A DNA stretch of 64,000 bases from Leucoraja ocellata (GCA_036785375.1 JAWMAR010000253.1:2170001-2234000), one strand, 5' to 3'; positions 26,070 to 40,025 are shown, counted from the first letter of the stretch. Notes: generated by a model not told the origin, from the sequence alone. A program made the numbers and translations.

Positions 26070-27498
26070 CTACAGGAGTGAAGACATAAACAGATTGCAG
26101 GCAAAAATATCAAGTTCTAACACAAGCAGTAACTTATCTTACTTAGAGTCCAGGCATCAAGTTTAGTCTAGATTACAGACACTACGTGGACACAGACCCT
26201 TCGGCCCACGGAGTCTGTGCCGACCAGCGATCACCCGTACGCTGGTTCTATCCTACACACCATATAACCATATAACACTTGGAACAATTTTTTTACGGAA
26301 TGTCACCCATTCCTTCGCTCCAGGGATGCTGCCTGTCCTGCCGAGTTTTTTTCCAAGCAACCTATAAACATCCTCTCCACTCACCCTATCCTGGTCAAAT
26401 TAGTTGAGGATGGCACAGTGGCGCAGCGGTAGAGTAGCTGCCTCACACACCGCCAGAGACCCGAGTTCGATCCTGACTACGGCTGCTGTCTGTGGGGAGT
26501 TTGCACGTTCTCCCAGTGACCGTGTGGGCTTTGTCCGGGTGCTCTGGTTTCCTCCCATATTCCAAAGAGCTGAATTGTAGCTGAATTGGCTCTATAAATT
26601 GTCCATAGTTTGTTGCATAGAACTCATGTGAACTGGTTGGTGTGAACTCAGAGTGCAATAATGTTTAGTCATCCCTATAAAGGATATAAATTCTCATGCT
26701 TACAGATCATTTTCATTAGTCATTTTAAAAATATGTACCCTAGTCATATTGTTAACCAGCAGATTTTCCAAAGTAGGTTCTCAGCAAGGCCGTTCTCAGG
26801 CTCTCAGCCCTGCCATAGCGAACTTATGAAACTTGTAATATGCTGAACTTTGAATGCTGTTTTTTCTCTTCACCTCATTACGATAGTGCTAACCACTCTC
26901 CCCGTCCCACTCAAAAACACGTACTCCCACAATCCCATTAAACCCAGGGGTATTATGTTACTTAGCATGCTTGCTCGGAGCTGCCTAAGTCACAGAAGGG
27001 TAGGATTTCACGTTCCTTACGGGTTTGAATTAATATCAAGTTTCTTCCTGGAAATTATAGATACATTTGGGCAGCACAGTGGCGCAGTTGCTGCCAGAGG
27101 CCCGGGTTCAATCTTGGGCAGAGACAGGTTGGGTGAGTGACTTGGACAGGTTGGGTGAGTGCATGGCAGATGCAATTCAATGTGGATAAATGTGAGGCTA
27201 TCCACTTTGGTAGCAAAAACAGGAAGGCAGATTATTATCTAAATGGTGTCAAGTGGGGAAAAGGGGATCGGGGGTCCTTGTTCATCAGTCAATGAAAGTA
27301 AGCATGCGGGTACAGCAGGCAGTGAAGAAAGCGAATGGCATGTTGGCTTTCATAACAAGAGCAGTTGAGTATAGGAGCAAAGAGGTCCTTCTGCAGTTGT
27401 ATAGGGTCCTAGTGGGACAATACCTGGAGTCTTGTGTGCAGTTTTGGTCCCCTAATTTGAGGAAGGACATTCTTGCTATTGAGGGAGTGCAGCATAGG

Positions 27499-28940
27499 TG
27501 TAAAGGTTTTCTGTCAGAGGCAAGGCTCTGTTGTGACTAGCACAAGAGGACACGTCCACACCGAGCTCGTATATTCTGCAATCACTGCCTTTTATCTTGA
27601 AGGTCAATTGACCTCAGTCACGAGGCTCAGGCACAAGTTTATGTTACATATATTACATTACAAAGACATCACATCCCTCCCTCTTTACTTTTTAGACTTT
27701 ACAGGCACTGGTATTTACACTATATACATATTACATGTATTGCATAAAGGCATCACATATAACCATATAACAATTACAGCACGGAAACAGGCCATCTCGG
27801 CCCTACATGTCCATGCCGAACAGATTGAAGTCACCCATTATAACTGCTTTGCCTTTGTCGCACGCATTTCTAATTTCCTGTTTGATACCATCTCCAACTT
27901 CACTACTGCTGTTAGGTGGCCTGTACACAACACCCACCAGCGTTTTCTGCCCCTTAGTGTTTCGCAGCTCTACCCATACCGATTCCACATCCTCCAAACT
28001 AATGTCCTTCCTTTCCATTGCGTTAATCCCCTCTCTAATCAGCAACGCTACCCCACCTCCTTTTCCTTTCTCTCTATCCCTCCTGAATATTGAATATCCC
28101 TGGATGTTCAGTTCCCAGCCTTGGTCACCCTGGAGCCATGTCTCCGTGATCCCAACTATATCATAATCATTAATGGCTATCTGCACGATAATCATTAATG
28201 GCTATCTGCACGATAGTCGCTTAGAGAAGTTCCCCCTCATGTTACCCCTAAACTTCTGTCCCTTAATTCTGAAGTCATGTCCTCTTGTTTGAATCTTCCC
28301 TACTCTCAAAGGGAAAAGCTTGTCCACGTCAACTCTGTCTATCCCTCTCATCATTTTAAAGACCTCTATCAAGTCCCCCCTTAACATTCCGCGCTCCAGA
28401 GAATGAAGACCTAACTTGTTCAACCTTTCTCTGTAACTTAGTTGGTGAAACCCAGGCAACTTTCTAGTAAATCTCCTCTGTACGCTCTCTATTTGTTGAC
28501 ATCTCCCTCTTTTACGTTATATCTCCCTCTTCATTTTACAGATCTTACTTGTGCCCCTTTTCACTTTGTTTATCATCTCCCCTGATATCCATTTTAAACT
28601 TAAACCCCAGCAAAGGGCCTCTCTCAATTGCCTTCCGCTGCGACTGGGAGACTGTCTCCCACCTCTCGTTCCAGCTAGGCTACTGGGGACTTATTCTGGC
28701 TTCTGGGAGACGGGCTCCTCTGGCCATTTCTCACCCCCGGGAGACTGGCTCCTCTGAGAAGGTTTCTCCTACTTAAAGACCCTTCTGGAAGACTACTACT
28801 GGCTTCTGGAATACGGGCTCCTCTGTCCAGGTTTCTCCCATCTGGCCGTCTGACTACAGATGGTCCATCCACGGCTATCCAGGGGTCTTTCACGCTGCTA
28901 CACGGGGGCCCACAGGTCTCTATCCTGGATCAGATGCTTC
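27499..28940 (-). mobile_element. Ty3/gypsy-like 3' LTR remnant with polypurine tracts, disrupted by CR1 pieces (27750-28500)
   Basis: Minus strand AAAGAGGGAGGGA|TGTGATG...CCTTTACA; a second PPT AAAAGAGGGAGA|TGTGATG can be rebuilt across the CR1 insertion. Confidence 0.5.
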
Positions 28941-29424
28941 GACCTTTGTACGTTCTCCCCGTGACTGTGTGGGTTTTCTCCGAGATCTTTAGTTTCCTCC
29001 CACACTCCAGGTATGTAGGTAAATTGGCTTGGTAAATGTAAAAAATGTCCCTAGTGTGTGTAGGATAGTGTTAATATGTGGGGATCACTGCTCGGTGTGG
29101 ACCCGGTGGGCCGAAGGGCCTGTTTCCGGGCTGTATCTCTTAACTAAACTAAAAAGACCCCCGTACTAATCAAGAACCTGTCAACCTCCTCTTTAAATAC
29201 ACCCAATTATTTGGCCTCCACAGCCACCTGTGGCAAAGAATTCCACAGATTCACTACCCTCTGACTGAAGAATTTCCTCCTCATCCCAACAGTTGTGCAA
29301 TCTAAAGTACATAGTTTAAAAGGCACGGATAGGAAACGTTTAGAGGGAGATGGGTCACATGCAGGAAATGGGACGAGCTTAGCAGGTTGGACAGGTCTGT
29401 TTCCATGCAGTATAACTCTGACCA

Positions 29425-29868
29425 TCTATATAATATTAAAACTCTGTGTGTGTGTGTGTGTGTGTGTTTCTGCCTGACGTGGGTGCCAGCCTTTGATTCG
29501 TTGCTACGCCAACACCAGAAGCAGAAACGCCGAGATTGTTTCCATTTCGGTAGAGATTTCACTTTTCATTCCAAGTATCCACTCCTGATCAAATTTCATC
29601 GTGTTTACGTACACATTTTTAATAAAATCCTTCCCCCCCCCCCCCCCCCCCCCACTCACACATTTTGTCGCTTCCTGCTGGCCAGCGACCATAACGGCTG
29701 CTGGCGCCCGCCTCTCGCCTCAAAGACGCCATTGAAAAACAGCCGCACTGCTGAGTGCTGGAATCTTATGTTCGGGAACGGCTTGAGTTGGAGGACCACG
29801 TCTCCCGTGGGGGCTACGGGTAGAGAACGGCTGCTTTGGGGGACCCAACGGGTCTGCACTTGGTCTAG
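29425..29868 (+). mobile_element. Non-autonomous Helitron, family 1
   Basis: A|TCTATATAAT... start, gacccaacgggtc hairpin at 29842-29854, CTAG|T end, no TSD, internal (TG)n. Confidence 0.8.
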
Positions 29869-31239
29869 TTCTCTGTAAAACTCCACACAGAAATCGCCTG
29901 TGGTCAGCATGGAACCTGGGTATTTGGAGCTTTGAAGCAGCAGCTGTAGCTGTGGTGCTGCCACTTCATAATTAACCACTGGTCATGAATGCAGAAGGAA
30001 CGAGACAGACAGCTGCCTGGGTTGTGTTTCAGCCCCAGAGCACGTCAATTCTAATCTCCTAGAGCCTGTTTTACTTCAAACTGTGCTTGATCTGCTTCCC
30101 AAACAGGAAAGGCTTTGATGTGATTAACTTTTAATTAAAACCAGTCTCCTGTGAAAGTGGGAGGAAGGAACTGCAGCTGCTGATTTAACCGGAATATTGA
30201 CATAAAATGGTGGCGATGCTTTGGGGCGAGACCATCAATCTGAAGAAGGGTCTCGAGCCGACACGTCACCCATTCATAGAAACATAGACAATAGGTGCAG
30301 GAGGAGGCCATTCGGCCCTCCGAGCCTGCACCTCCATTCAATATGATCGTGGCTGATCATCCAACTCAGTATCCTGTACCTGCCTTCTCTCCATACCCCC
30401 TGATCCCTTTAGCCACAAGGGCCACATCTAACTCCCTCTTAAATATAGCCAATGAACTGTGGCCTCAACTACATTCTGTGGCAGAGAATTCCACAGATTC
30501 ACCACTCTCTGTGTGAAAAATGTTTTTCTCATCTCGGTCCTAAAAGACTTCCCCCTTATCCTTAAACTGTGACCCCTTGTTCTGGACTTCCCCAACATCG
30601 GGAACAATCTTCCTGCATCTAGCCTATCCAACCCCTTAAGAATTTTGTAAGTTTCTATAAGATCCCCCCTCAATCTTCTAAATTCTAGCGAGTACAAGCC
30701 AATTCCTTCTCTCCGGAGATACTGCCTGTCCTGCTGAGATACTCCAGCATTTTGTGTCTATCTTCGGATTAAGCCAGCATCTGCAGTTGCTTCCGACCAA
30801 TTTCTCAGGAGACAGGTTTCACACACTACACACGAGAGACAAACGGGAATGTGGTTCAGACACTTTGAAATGTCTCTCAATATAGCTGCTTCAATTAAAA
30901 ATGAGGCCCTGCAAAGCACAAGCACAATTGTTCTCATCAGTTTTCCATCCATCAATAATTCAAAACTCAGAAGCTAACAACACAAAAGGAGGCCCTTCGG
31001 CCCATCGTGCCACTGTGGATTATAAATGGATCTTAGGTTGATCCACTTCGCAGCTCCCTGGGTGTAGCCCTGTCAAAGACATGCAAAAAGTGATAAGGAT
31101 TTCTGCTCCTCTGCCTTTTTACAGATACTGCAACTCGTTGAATTAATCTAGCTCTGGTAGAACTAGTTGAGTTAAGATAGTTAATTGGCTTCAATCTAAT
31201 TAGACAGTAGCACAGAGATAGGCACAAAATCACGCCATG

Positions 31240-32137
31240 TCAAGAGAGTTTATTCTCATGTGTCCCAGATAGGACAATTAAATTCTTGCTTGCTGCAGCA
31301 CAACAGAATGTTGTAGGCATAATACAGAACAGTTCATTGTGTCTATATACCATAGAATATATATATACACATAAATAAACAGATAAAGTGCAATAGGCTG
31401 TTCTTGTACAGAGTTTGTTTGATGTTGTATTTAATAGCCTGATGGTTGTGGGGCGTAGCTGTTCCTGAACCTGGATGAACCAGATTTCAAGCTCCTGTAC
31501 CTTCTACCAGATGGCAACGGAGAATTGAGTGTGTGGCCAGGATGGTGTGGGTCTTTGATGATGTTGCCAGCCTTTTTGAAGCAGCGACTGCGATAGATCC
31601 CTTCAATGGTGAGGAGATCAGAGCCGATGACGGACCGGGCAGTGGTCACAACTTTCTGCATTCTTTTAGAAACATAGAAACATAGAAATTAGGTGCAGGA
31701 GTAGGCCATTCGGCCCTTCGAGCCTGCACCGCCATTCAATATGATCATGGCTGATCATCCAACTCAGTATCCCGTACCTGCCTTCTCTCCATACCCCCTG
31801 ATCCCCTTAGCCAGAAGGGCCACATCTAACTCCCTCTTAAATATAGCCAATGAACTGGCCTCAACTACCCTCTGTGGCAGAGAGTTCCAGAGATTCACCA
31901 CTCTTTTCCGCTCCTGGACATTCAAGTTGCCACGATGCAACCGGTCAGCATGCTCTCTACTGTGCACCTGTAGAAGTTCGAGAGAGTCCTCCTTGACATA
32001 CCGACTCTCTGTAATCTTCTCAGGAAGTAGAGGCGCTGATGTGCTTTCTTTATAATTGCATTAGTGTGCTGGGACCAGGAAAGATCTTCAGAGATATGCA
32101 TGCCCAGGAATTTGAAGTTCTTGACCCACTCCACCAT
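31240..32137 (-). mobile_element. Older Rex1-like fragment split by a CR1 insertion (further Rex1-like relics at about 21245-21490, 36555-36895, 38280-38530, 49750-50410)
   Basis: FKFLGMHISEDLSW...KKAHQRLYFLRRL; DPHHPGH...PSGRRYRS. Confidence 0.8.
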
Positions 32138-33635
32138 CTATAAGATTTCTATAAGATCCCCCCTCAATCTTCTAAATTCTAGCGCGTACAAGCCGAGTCT
32201 ATCCAGTCTTTCTTCATATGAAAATCCTGACATCCCACGAATCAGTCTGGTGAACCTTCTCTGTACTCCCTCTATGGCAAGAATGTATTTCCCCAGATTA
32301 GGAGACCAAAACTGTACGCAATACTCCAGGTGTGGTCTCACCAAGACCGTGTACAACTGCAGTAGAACCTCCCTGCTCCTATACACAAATCCTTTTGCTA
32401 TGAAGTACACAATGTCCATGCTGAACATGATGCCATGTCAATCTAATCTCTGGTTTCACGTGATGCATATCCCACGGTCAACTTGTGGCTTCTTTAACGC
32501 ATCTGACTCCACCATCACCCCCAGCAGTGTCCACAACAATTTTCAATAAGGCACCTCTCAGAAGTAAATCTATCTTGGTTCTTGATTGCAACCCTAAATC
32601 TTCTGCACTCCTTGAGCCACAATAGTTTGATTCAGTCTCAATGCAAGTTCATGTCCAAACATAAAGTGCTGGAAGAACTCAGCGGGTCAGGCAGCATCTG
32701 CGAAGGAAGAGGACAGGTGACGTTTTGGGTCAGGAATTAAGTTTCTCTTGGCCATTCCCTCTGCAGATGTTGTCTGACTTGCTGAGTTCTTCCAACATTT
32801 TGTGTTTTGCGCAAGATTTGGGTGACAGTTGAATTGACACGTTGCAGCGCCAGAGACATAGAAACATAGACACATAGAACATAGGTGCATTCGGCCCTTC
32901 GAGCCAGCACCGCCATTCTATCATGGCTGATCGTTCCCAATCAATAACCCGTGCCTGCCTTCGCCCCATATCCCTTGACTCCACTAGCCCCTAGAGCTCT
33001 ATCTAACTCTCTCTTAAACCCATCCAGTGACATGGCCTCCACTGCCCTCTGTGGCAGGGAATTCCATAAATTCACAACTCTCTGGGTGAAAAAGTTTTTT
33101 CTCACCTCAACCTTACATGACCTCCCCTTTATTCTAAGACTGTGGCCCCTGGTTCTGGACTCGCCCAACATTGGGAACATTTTTACTGCATCTAGCTTGT
33201 CCAGTCCTTTTATAATTTTATATGTTTCTATAAGATACCCCCCTCATCCTTCTAAACTCAAGCGAACACAAGTCTAGTCTTTTCAATCTTTCCTCATATG
33301 ACAGTCCCGCCATCTCAGGGATCAATCTCGTGAACCTACGCTGCACTGCCTCAATCACAAGGATGTCCTTCCTCAAGTTAGGAGACCAAAACTGTACACA
33401 ATCCTCCAGATGCGGTCTTACCAGAGCCCTGTACAGAAGAACCTCTTTACTCCTCTACTGAAATCCTCTTGTAACGACCTACGTATGGTCCTGTCTACGG
33501 AGCTGTTGAAAGAGTTATGCCCCTGTCCCACTTAGGAAACCTGAACGGAAACCCCTGGAGACTTTGTGCCCCACCCAAGGTTTCCGTGCGGTTCCCGGAG
33601 GGTTTTGTCAGTCTCCCTACTTGCTTCCATTACCT

Positions 33636-34545
33636 ATTGTATTGTATTGTATTGTATTCAAATTTATTGTCATTGTCTCAATTTGAGACAACGAAATGAA
33701 TTTCCCTTACAGGCAGTATCATATAAAAATCACAAAAAAATAATAAAAATAAATAATAAATAAATAATAAAACATATTAAAAATAAAATTGAAATTGAAT
33801 TAAAATTTTTTAAAAAGCACAAACACAGAAAGTCCACGACACAACATAACATAAATGGCACCCAGGTGAGGAAGGCACCATAGTCCAGCCAGCCTCCCCT
33901 CCGTGTTCATCCGTGGTCGGGGCCTTCCGAGCACCCGCAGTCGCCGCCCCGGGTGGCCCGATGTTCAGGCCCTCACGCCGGGCTGGTGGAACGCCGACGC
34001 CGAACCCCGACGGTGAGCATCCTCCTCCTCAGCGGCCCGGACCTCCCGATCAGCCGCCCTCCGCTGCCCGAGTCTGCAGCTCCCGAGTCTGCAGGCTGAG
34101 CCGGGCAGTGTCGCAGGACCCCGCGCTGTCCATCAGCGCCGCCCGCGTTGGGAGCTCCGCAAACCGCAGCTCCAGGATGTTGGTGCAGCAGGTCCAGCAC
34201 TCCGGGCTCCAGACGGCGACCCCCGGTAAGGCATCGCCAGCCCCGCGATGTTTCAGCGCTGTCCCGCCGCTGCTGGAGCTCCGGTCGATCCCGGCAGGAA
34301 GGCCGCGCCAATCCAGGTAGGTAGCCCGCTGTGGGGGGAGGGGGGGGGGAGCGAGGACGCGACTCGAATAATAGTCGCGTCCTCACCAGGAAGCGGCTGA
34401 AGGACGGTATCCCCCGCACCGTGCCCTCTTCCCCCACATAAAAACACAAAAAAACCACAAAAAAACACACTTTAACATAACTAAATAAACAAAAAGATAC
34501 CGGGCTGTAGGTGGAGGCTGCTGGCACCAGCGCCACCGGAAGTAC
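33636..34545 (-). mobile_element. GC-rich non-coding retro-element with a Rex1-like 3' end, inserted into a MITE (related elements at about 4905-5330, 12933-13615, 39810-40425, 41352-41990)
   Basis: 5' ACTTCCGGTGGCG start; 3' catttcgttgtctc...acaatgacaataaa plus (AATAC)n tail; tacct duplicated at the flanks. Confidence 0.65.
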
Positions 34546-35604
34546 AATACTACCTACAACCTCCGGCAACCACTTGCAACCTCCGGGAACCGCACGGAAA
34601 CCTTGGGTGGGGCGCAAAGTCTCCAGAGGTTTCCGTTCAGGTTTCCTAAGTGGGACAGGGGCATTAGTTATTAATTGTTTGTTGTCATATTTAAGCTTTC
34701 TTGTTGTAAAAGGCCAATTGTAATGCATGATGAGATTTGGACAACTGCCATCGTGACAAGGGTTTGTTTAACTTAATTTGAATAGTTGACAGCTCTCTTT
34801 TTTTTAATGTAAGTTGAAGAGGTTAATTAGATAAGAAGGGGCCCAGAGGAGGCCATTGGGATGACTGGCTTTTGGCAAAGAGTGAAAAACAACTCCATAT
34901 TGGGAGGTGGATGATAGGTTTTGTACATTACATCATGCAATTGGTTTTAGATCTCTACGTATATAAACTCGGGGTTTCTGGTATGTCTTTGGGTGTACTG
35001 CTGGAGATTCAGACGTGATACTGTTGCCTCTGTGTCTAAGCCCACACCCGTCAGACGTTAAATTAAAGCTTTGTATGGCCTTAAGAATTTGTACTTTATA
35101 TTTTTAAGTCAGCTTTTTCATTGTCTGTACATGGTTTACAGAATTAACTTATATAAATTGTTCCTAGTGTGTAGGATAGAACGTACAGATGTGTAAGGAT
35201 GATCGCTGGTTGGCACGGACATGGTTGGCAGAAGTGCCAGTTTCCATGCTGTCCGTCTAAACTAAAAAGTCTAGTATCTGCAGTTCCTTGCATCTGTAAG
35301 TGAAGGTCACTTCTGTGCAGTCACCAACCACTCCCATGCTCTTTAACCACATTACGACTAACATGGAAATCATCAGGCATTCATTTGCACATTGATTTGC
35401 ATTTGAGAATAGGGGGGTTGCACGTAAGCTCACTGGGTCACAGGGCTTGGCGCACGGAGCCACTCAATCCATCTGGAGGACATCCGTAACTTCCGGTATA
35501 TAATAATAATAATAATACATTTTATTTATGGGCGCCTTTCAAGAGTCTCAAGGACACCTTACAAAAATTTAGCAAGTAGAGGAAAAACATGTAAGCGGAA
35601 TTTA

Positions 35605-36032
35605 GCTTTATTCTTTATTCTTTGGAGCGCAGAAGGTTAAGGGGGGACCTGATAGAGGTCTTTAAAATGATGAGAGGGATAGACAGAGTTGATGTGGACA
35701 AGCTTTTCCCTTTGAGAATACGGAAGATTCAAACAAGAGGACATGACTTCACAATTAAGGGACAGAAGTTTAGGGGTAATATGAGGGGGAACTTCTTTAC
35801 GCAGAGAGTGGTGGCGGTGTAGAATGAGCTCCCAGTGGAAGTGGTGGAGGCAGGTTCATTGGTATCATTTAAAAATAAATTGGATAGGCATATAGATGAG
35901 AAGGGAATGGAGGGTTATGGTACGAGTGCAGGCAGGTGGGACTAAGGGGAAAAATATTTGTTCGGCATGGACTTGTAGGGCCGAGATGGCCTGTTTCCGT
36001 GCTGTAATTGTTATATGGTTATATGGTTATAT
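35605..36032 (+). mobile_element. CR1 family A 3' fragment
   Basis: [14 protein letters not shown]; (ttatatgg)n tail. Confidence 0.9.
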
Positions 36033-39000
36033 GGAATGAAATAAATAGTAGAGACATGACTAGTACACAAATTAAAGACTGAATTCAATTCAAAACACAA
36101 TATGAGGCAATTCAAGCACAGATGAAAAGGGAGGTGGACGTGGGGCTAAGGATAGGCAGAGGTGAAGAGATGGGTCTTGAGGCGGGACTGGAAGATGGTG
36201 AGGGACACGGAATTGCGGATCAGTTGGGGGAGGGAGAGCCTGGGAGCTGCCCTGGAGAAGGCTCTGTCCCCAAAACTGCGGAGGTTGGACTTGTGGATGG
36301 AGAGCCATCTTGGTTGGCATGGGCAGGTTAGGCCAAAGGGTCTGTTTCCATGCTGTGAGACTAAGCGGCTTGTTTAAGATTGAAACAATGACGCACTTGT
36401 ACCAATAATAAAACTTGTTGCAAAAACATATCCTGCTCTGCATTCTGCGGAAGTATTTTACAAATACAGCTTGTTTTGAAGTAAATAAAGGATCGGGAAA
36501 CAGCTGCTGAATACTCAAACCCAACTTCAGGGCTGAATCTCTACTTCCTTAGTTGGGCATGTCCCCTACAACTCTCACCAACTTCTACAGGAGAATCATC
36601 AAAGGCAATGTATCAGGATGCATCACAGCTTGGTTTGGCAACAGCCCCATCCAAGACGGCAAGAAATTGCAGCGAATTGTGGACGCAGCCCAGACCATCA
36701 CACAAACCAACCTCCCTTCCATTAACTGCATTTATACCTCACGCTGCCTCAGCAAGGCCAGCAGCATAATCTAGGACAACTCGCACCCTGTCCACTCCCT
36801 CCTCCCCTCTCCCATCAGGTAAAAGGTACAGAAGTGTTAAAACGTACACCTCCAGATTCAGGGACAGTTCCTTCCCAGTTGTCATCAGGCAACTGAATGA
36901 TAAAATTATAAAAGGACTGGAAAAGCAAGATGTGGGAAAAATGTTCCCAATGTTGGGCGATTCCAGAACCAGGGGCCACACAGTCTTCGAATAAAGGGGA
37001 GGTAATTTAAGACTGAGGTGAGAAAAAACTTTTTCGCCCAGAGAGTTGTGAATTTATGGAATTCCCTGCCACAGAGGGCAGTGAAGGCCAAGTCACTGGA
37101 TGGATTTAAGAGAGAGTTAGATAGAGCTCTAGGGGCTAGTGGAGTCAAGGGATATGGGGAGAAGGCAGGCACGGGTTATTGATAGGGGACGATCAGCCAT
37201 GATCACAATGAATGGCGGTGCTGGCTCGAAGGGCCGAATGGCCTCCTCCTGCACCTATTCTCTACGTTTCCATCCTAGCACAACTAGAGAGCAGTGCTGA
37301 ACTAGTATTTTACTCTGCTCTGGTATTTTATTTAATTCACATGTTTAATCAATAATGTTTTATTATTAATGTTTAATGTTTTACATGTCATTCCTAACTG
37401 TCACTGTATGTCACTGTCACTTGCGGGCGGATCACTAGGACAAATTCCTTGTATGTGAATACTTGGCCAATAAACGTATTCATTCATTCATTCAGTCCTG
37501 AACTACTATCTACCTCATTGGTGACCCTGGGACTATCCATGAGTGGACTTTGCTGGTTTTACCTTACACTAGATGTTATACCAGACTGATTCCTGGGATG
37601 GCAGGACTTTCATATGAAGAAAGATTGGATAGTCTCGGTTAGAAGATTGAGGAGGGATCATATAGAAACTTTAAAAATTCTTAAGGGGTTCGACCGGCTA
37701 AATGCAGGAAGATTATTCCCGATGTTGGGGAAGTCCAGGATAAGGGGTCACAGTTTAAGGATAAGAGGAAAGTCTTTTAGGACCGAGATGAGAAAATCAT
37801 TTTTTACACAGAGAGTGGTGAATCTGTGGAATTCTCTGCCACAGAAGGTAGTTGAGGCCAGTTCATTGGCTATATTTAAGAGGGAGTTAGATGTGGCCCT
37901 TGTGGCTAAAGGGATCAGGGGGTATGGAGAGAAGGCAGGTACAGGATACTGAGTTGGATGATCAGCCATGATCATATCGAATGGCGGTGCAGGCTCGAAG
38001 GGCTGAAAGGCCTACTCCTGCAACTATTTTGTATGTTTTGTATGTATCCATACACTCTAACTGGCTCGATTGTAATCATGTATTATCATTCACTGCCTGG
38101 ATAGCACCCAAACAAAAGCTTTTCTCTGTACTTTGGTACACGTGACAATAAACTAAACTAAACCACATTTCTCCCCTTCCAGCACTGCCTGCTGTACACC
38201 AAATGCCCTCTCTCCAGCTGGCCATTAACATCTGCCAATAATGTCAATGCTGCCTCTGTATATCATATCCCAGTCCACCCAGGAACAAAGGAGATTGTAA
38301 AAAGTGGTGGTCACCACCCAGACCAGAACATGGTCATACGGCCCTCCCCACCATGGGAAGGATCTATGCAAAGTGCTGCTTCATGAACACAGCTAATTTC
38401 AAGGACCCACAACACCCTGGCCATGCTCTCACTTCACTCCTGCCATCAGGAAGAAGGTGCACGAGTCTGAAAGCCGTGACCTGGAGGATCAAGAACAGCC
38501 ACTTCCCAACAACCATCAGGCTCTTGAATACAACAAATACTAATTAAACTATAAACTATCAGCTGCCTTGCTTGCTCTGAGGATTTTGGCCTTTTTGCAC
38601 TAATAGTCTTTAAATGTGGTTTGAGAAGTTTGTTTCGTTAGGAAGAAAATGTTCAGAGGCCACATTCCTTAACATTTCATGCCCAAGTATTGTATTGCGT
38701 ATTGGAGTATTGCGTACAGTTTTTGTTTCCTAATCTGAGGAAAGACATTCTTGCCATAGAGGGAGTACACAGAACGTTCACCAGACTGATTCCTGGGATG
38801 TCTGGACTTTCATATGAAGAAAGATTGGATAAACGTGGCTTGTACTCGCTGGAATTTAGAAGATTGAGGGGGGATCTAATAGAAACGTACAAAATTGTTA
38901 ACGAGTTGGACAGGCTACATGCAGGAAGATTGGTCCTGATGTTGGGGAAGTCCAGAACAAGAGGTCACAGTTTGAGGATAAGGGGGAAGTCTTTTAGGAC

Positions 39001-39815
39001 CGAGATGAGAAATACATTTTTCACACAGAGAGTGGTGAATCTGTGGAATTCTCTGCCACTGAGGGTGGTTGAGGCCAGTTCATTGGCTATATTTAAGAGG
39101 GAGTTGGATGTGGCCCTTGTGGCTAAAAGGATCGGGGGTATGGAGAGAAGGCAGGTACAGGATACTGAGTTGGATGATCAGCCATGATCATATTGAATGG
39201 TGCTGCAGGCTCGAAGGGCCGAATGACCTACTCCTGCACCTATTTTCTATGTTTCTAAGTGGATACATTTAAGGTAGAGAAAGATAGATTTGTGATTAGT
39301 ACAGGTCTCAGAGGATATGGGGAGAATGCTGGATAATGGGGTTAGGAGGGAGAGATAGATCAGCCATGATTGAATGGCAGAGTAGACTTGCGGGACTGGA
39401 TGGCCTTTCTGCTCCTATCACTTATGATCTTATGAAAAATGTGAGTTAATCCTGTGTTGATATTGATATTGAATAACATTCAACAGTCCAGTAAATTGAC
39501 TGATCCACCACCAATGTGTCAGAACGTCAGTTGTTCTGTCCAGAAATAAAAGCAAAGAAACAGCATTCAGCTCCTCATTGAACAATATAGCACAAGAACA
39601 TGCCCATGGGCCCACAATGTCCATGCCGAATATGATCTGCTAACTAATCTCTAAAGGCACGTGATCCATAGCAACTGAATCATCCTCTCATCAACTAGAG
39701 ACTGCCCATCTGCTCCATTGAACTATCTTTAATCAGGCTTTACTAGACTTTATCTTGCAGTAAACATTGTTCCCTTTATCCTCTATCAGTACATTGTTGA
39801 CAGCTTGATTGTGGG

Positions 39816-40025
39816 CGGCCCGGCTCCCGGCTGGAAGCTGCTCCCGTGAGGGCGGCCCGGTGCGGGGCGGAGACGGTGCTCCGGTGGCTGAGGTGGCGTG
39901 AGGGCGGGGCGGAGACGGTGCTCCCGTGTGGACGGCCCGGCTCCCGGCTGGAAGGCGCTCCCGTGAGGGCGGCCCGGTGCGGGGCGGAGACGGTGCTCCG
40001 GTGGCTGAGGTGGCGTGAGGGCGGC
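39816..40025 (+). repeat. GC-rich tandem duplication, period about 117 bp
   Basis: cggcccggctcccggctggaag...gaggtggcgtgagggcgg at 39816 and 39933. Confidence 0.85.

Noticed and set aside
33913-34728. Long GC-rich ORFs (135-251 aa), likewise 39776-40269, 42448-42995 and 43094-43768
   Set aside because: Stop-poor GC-rich repeat sequence open on both strands, with no domain signal
35325-35373. MISMLVVMWLKSMGVVG|gtgact as the leader exon
   Set aside because: Phase fits, but the donor is modest and a Lys interrupts the hydrophobic core
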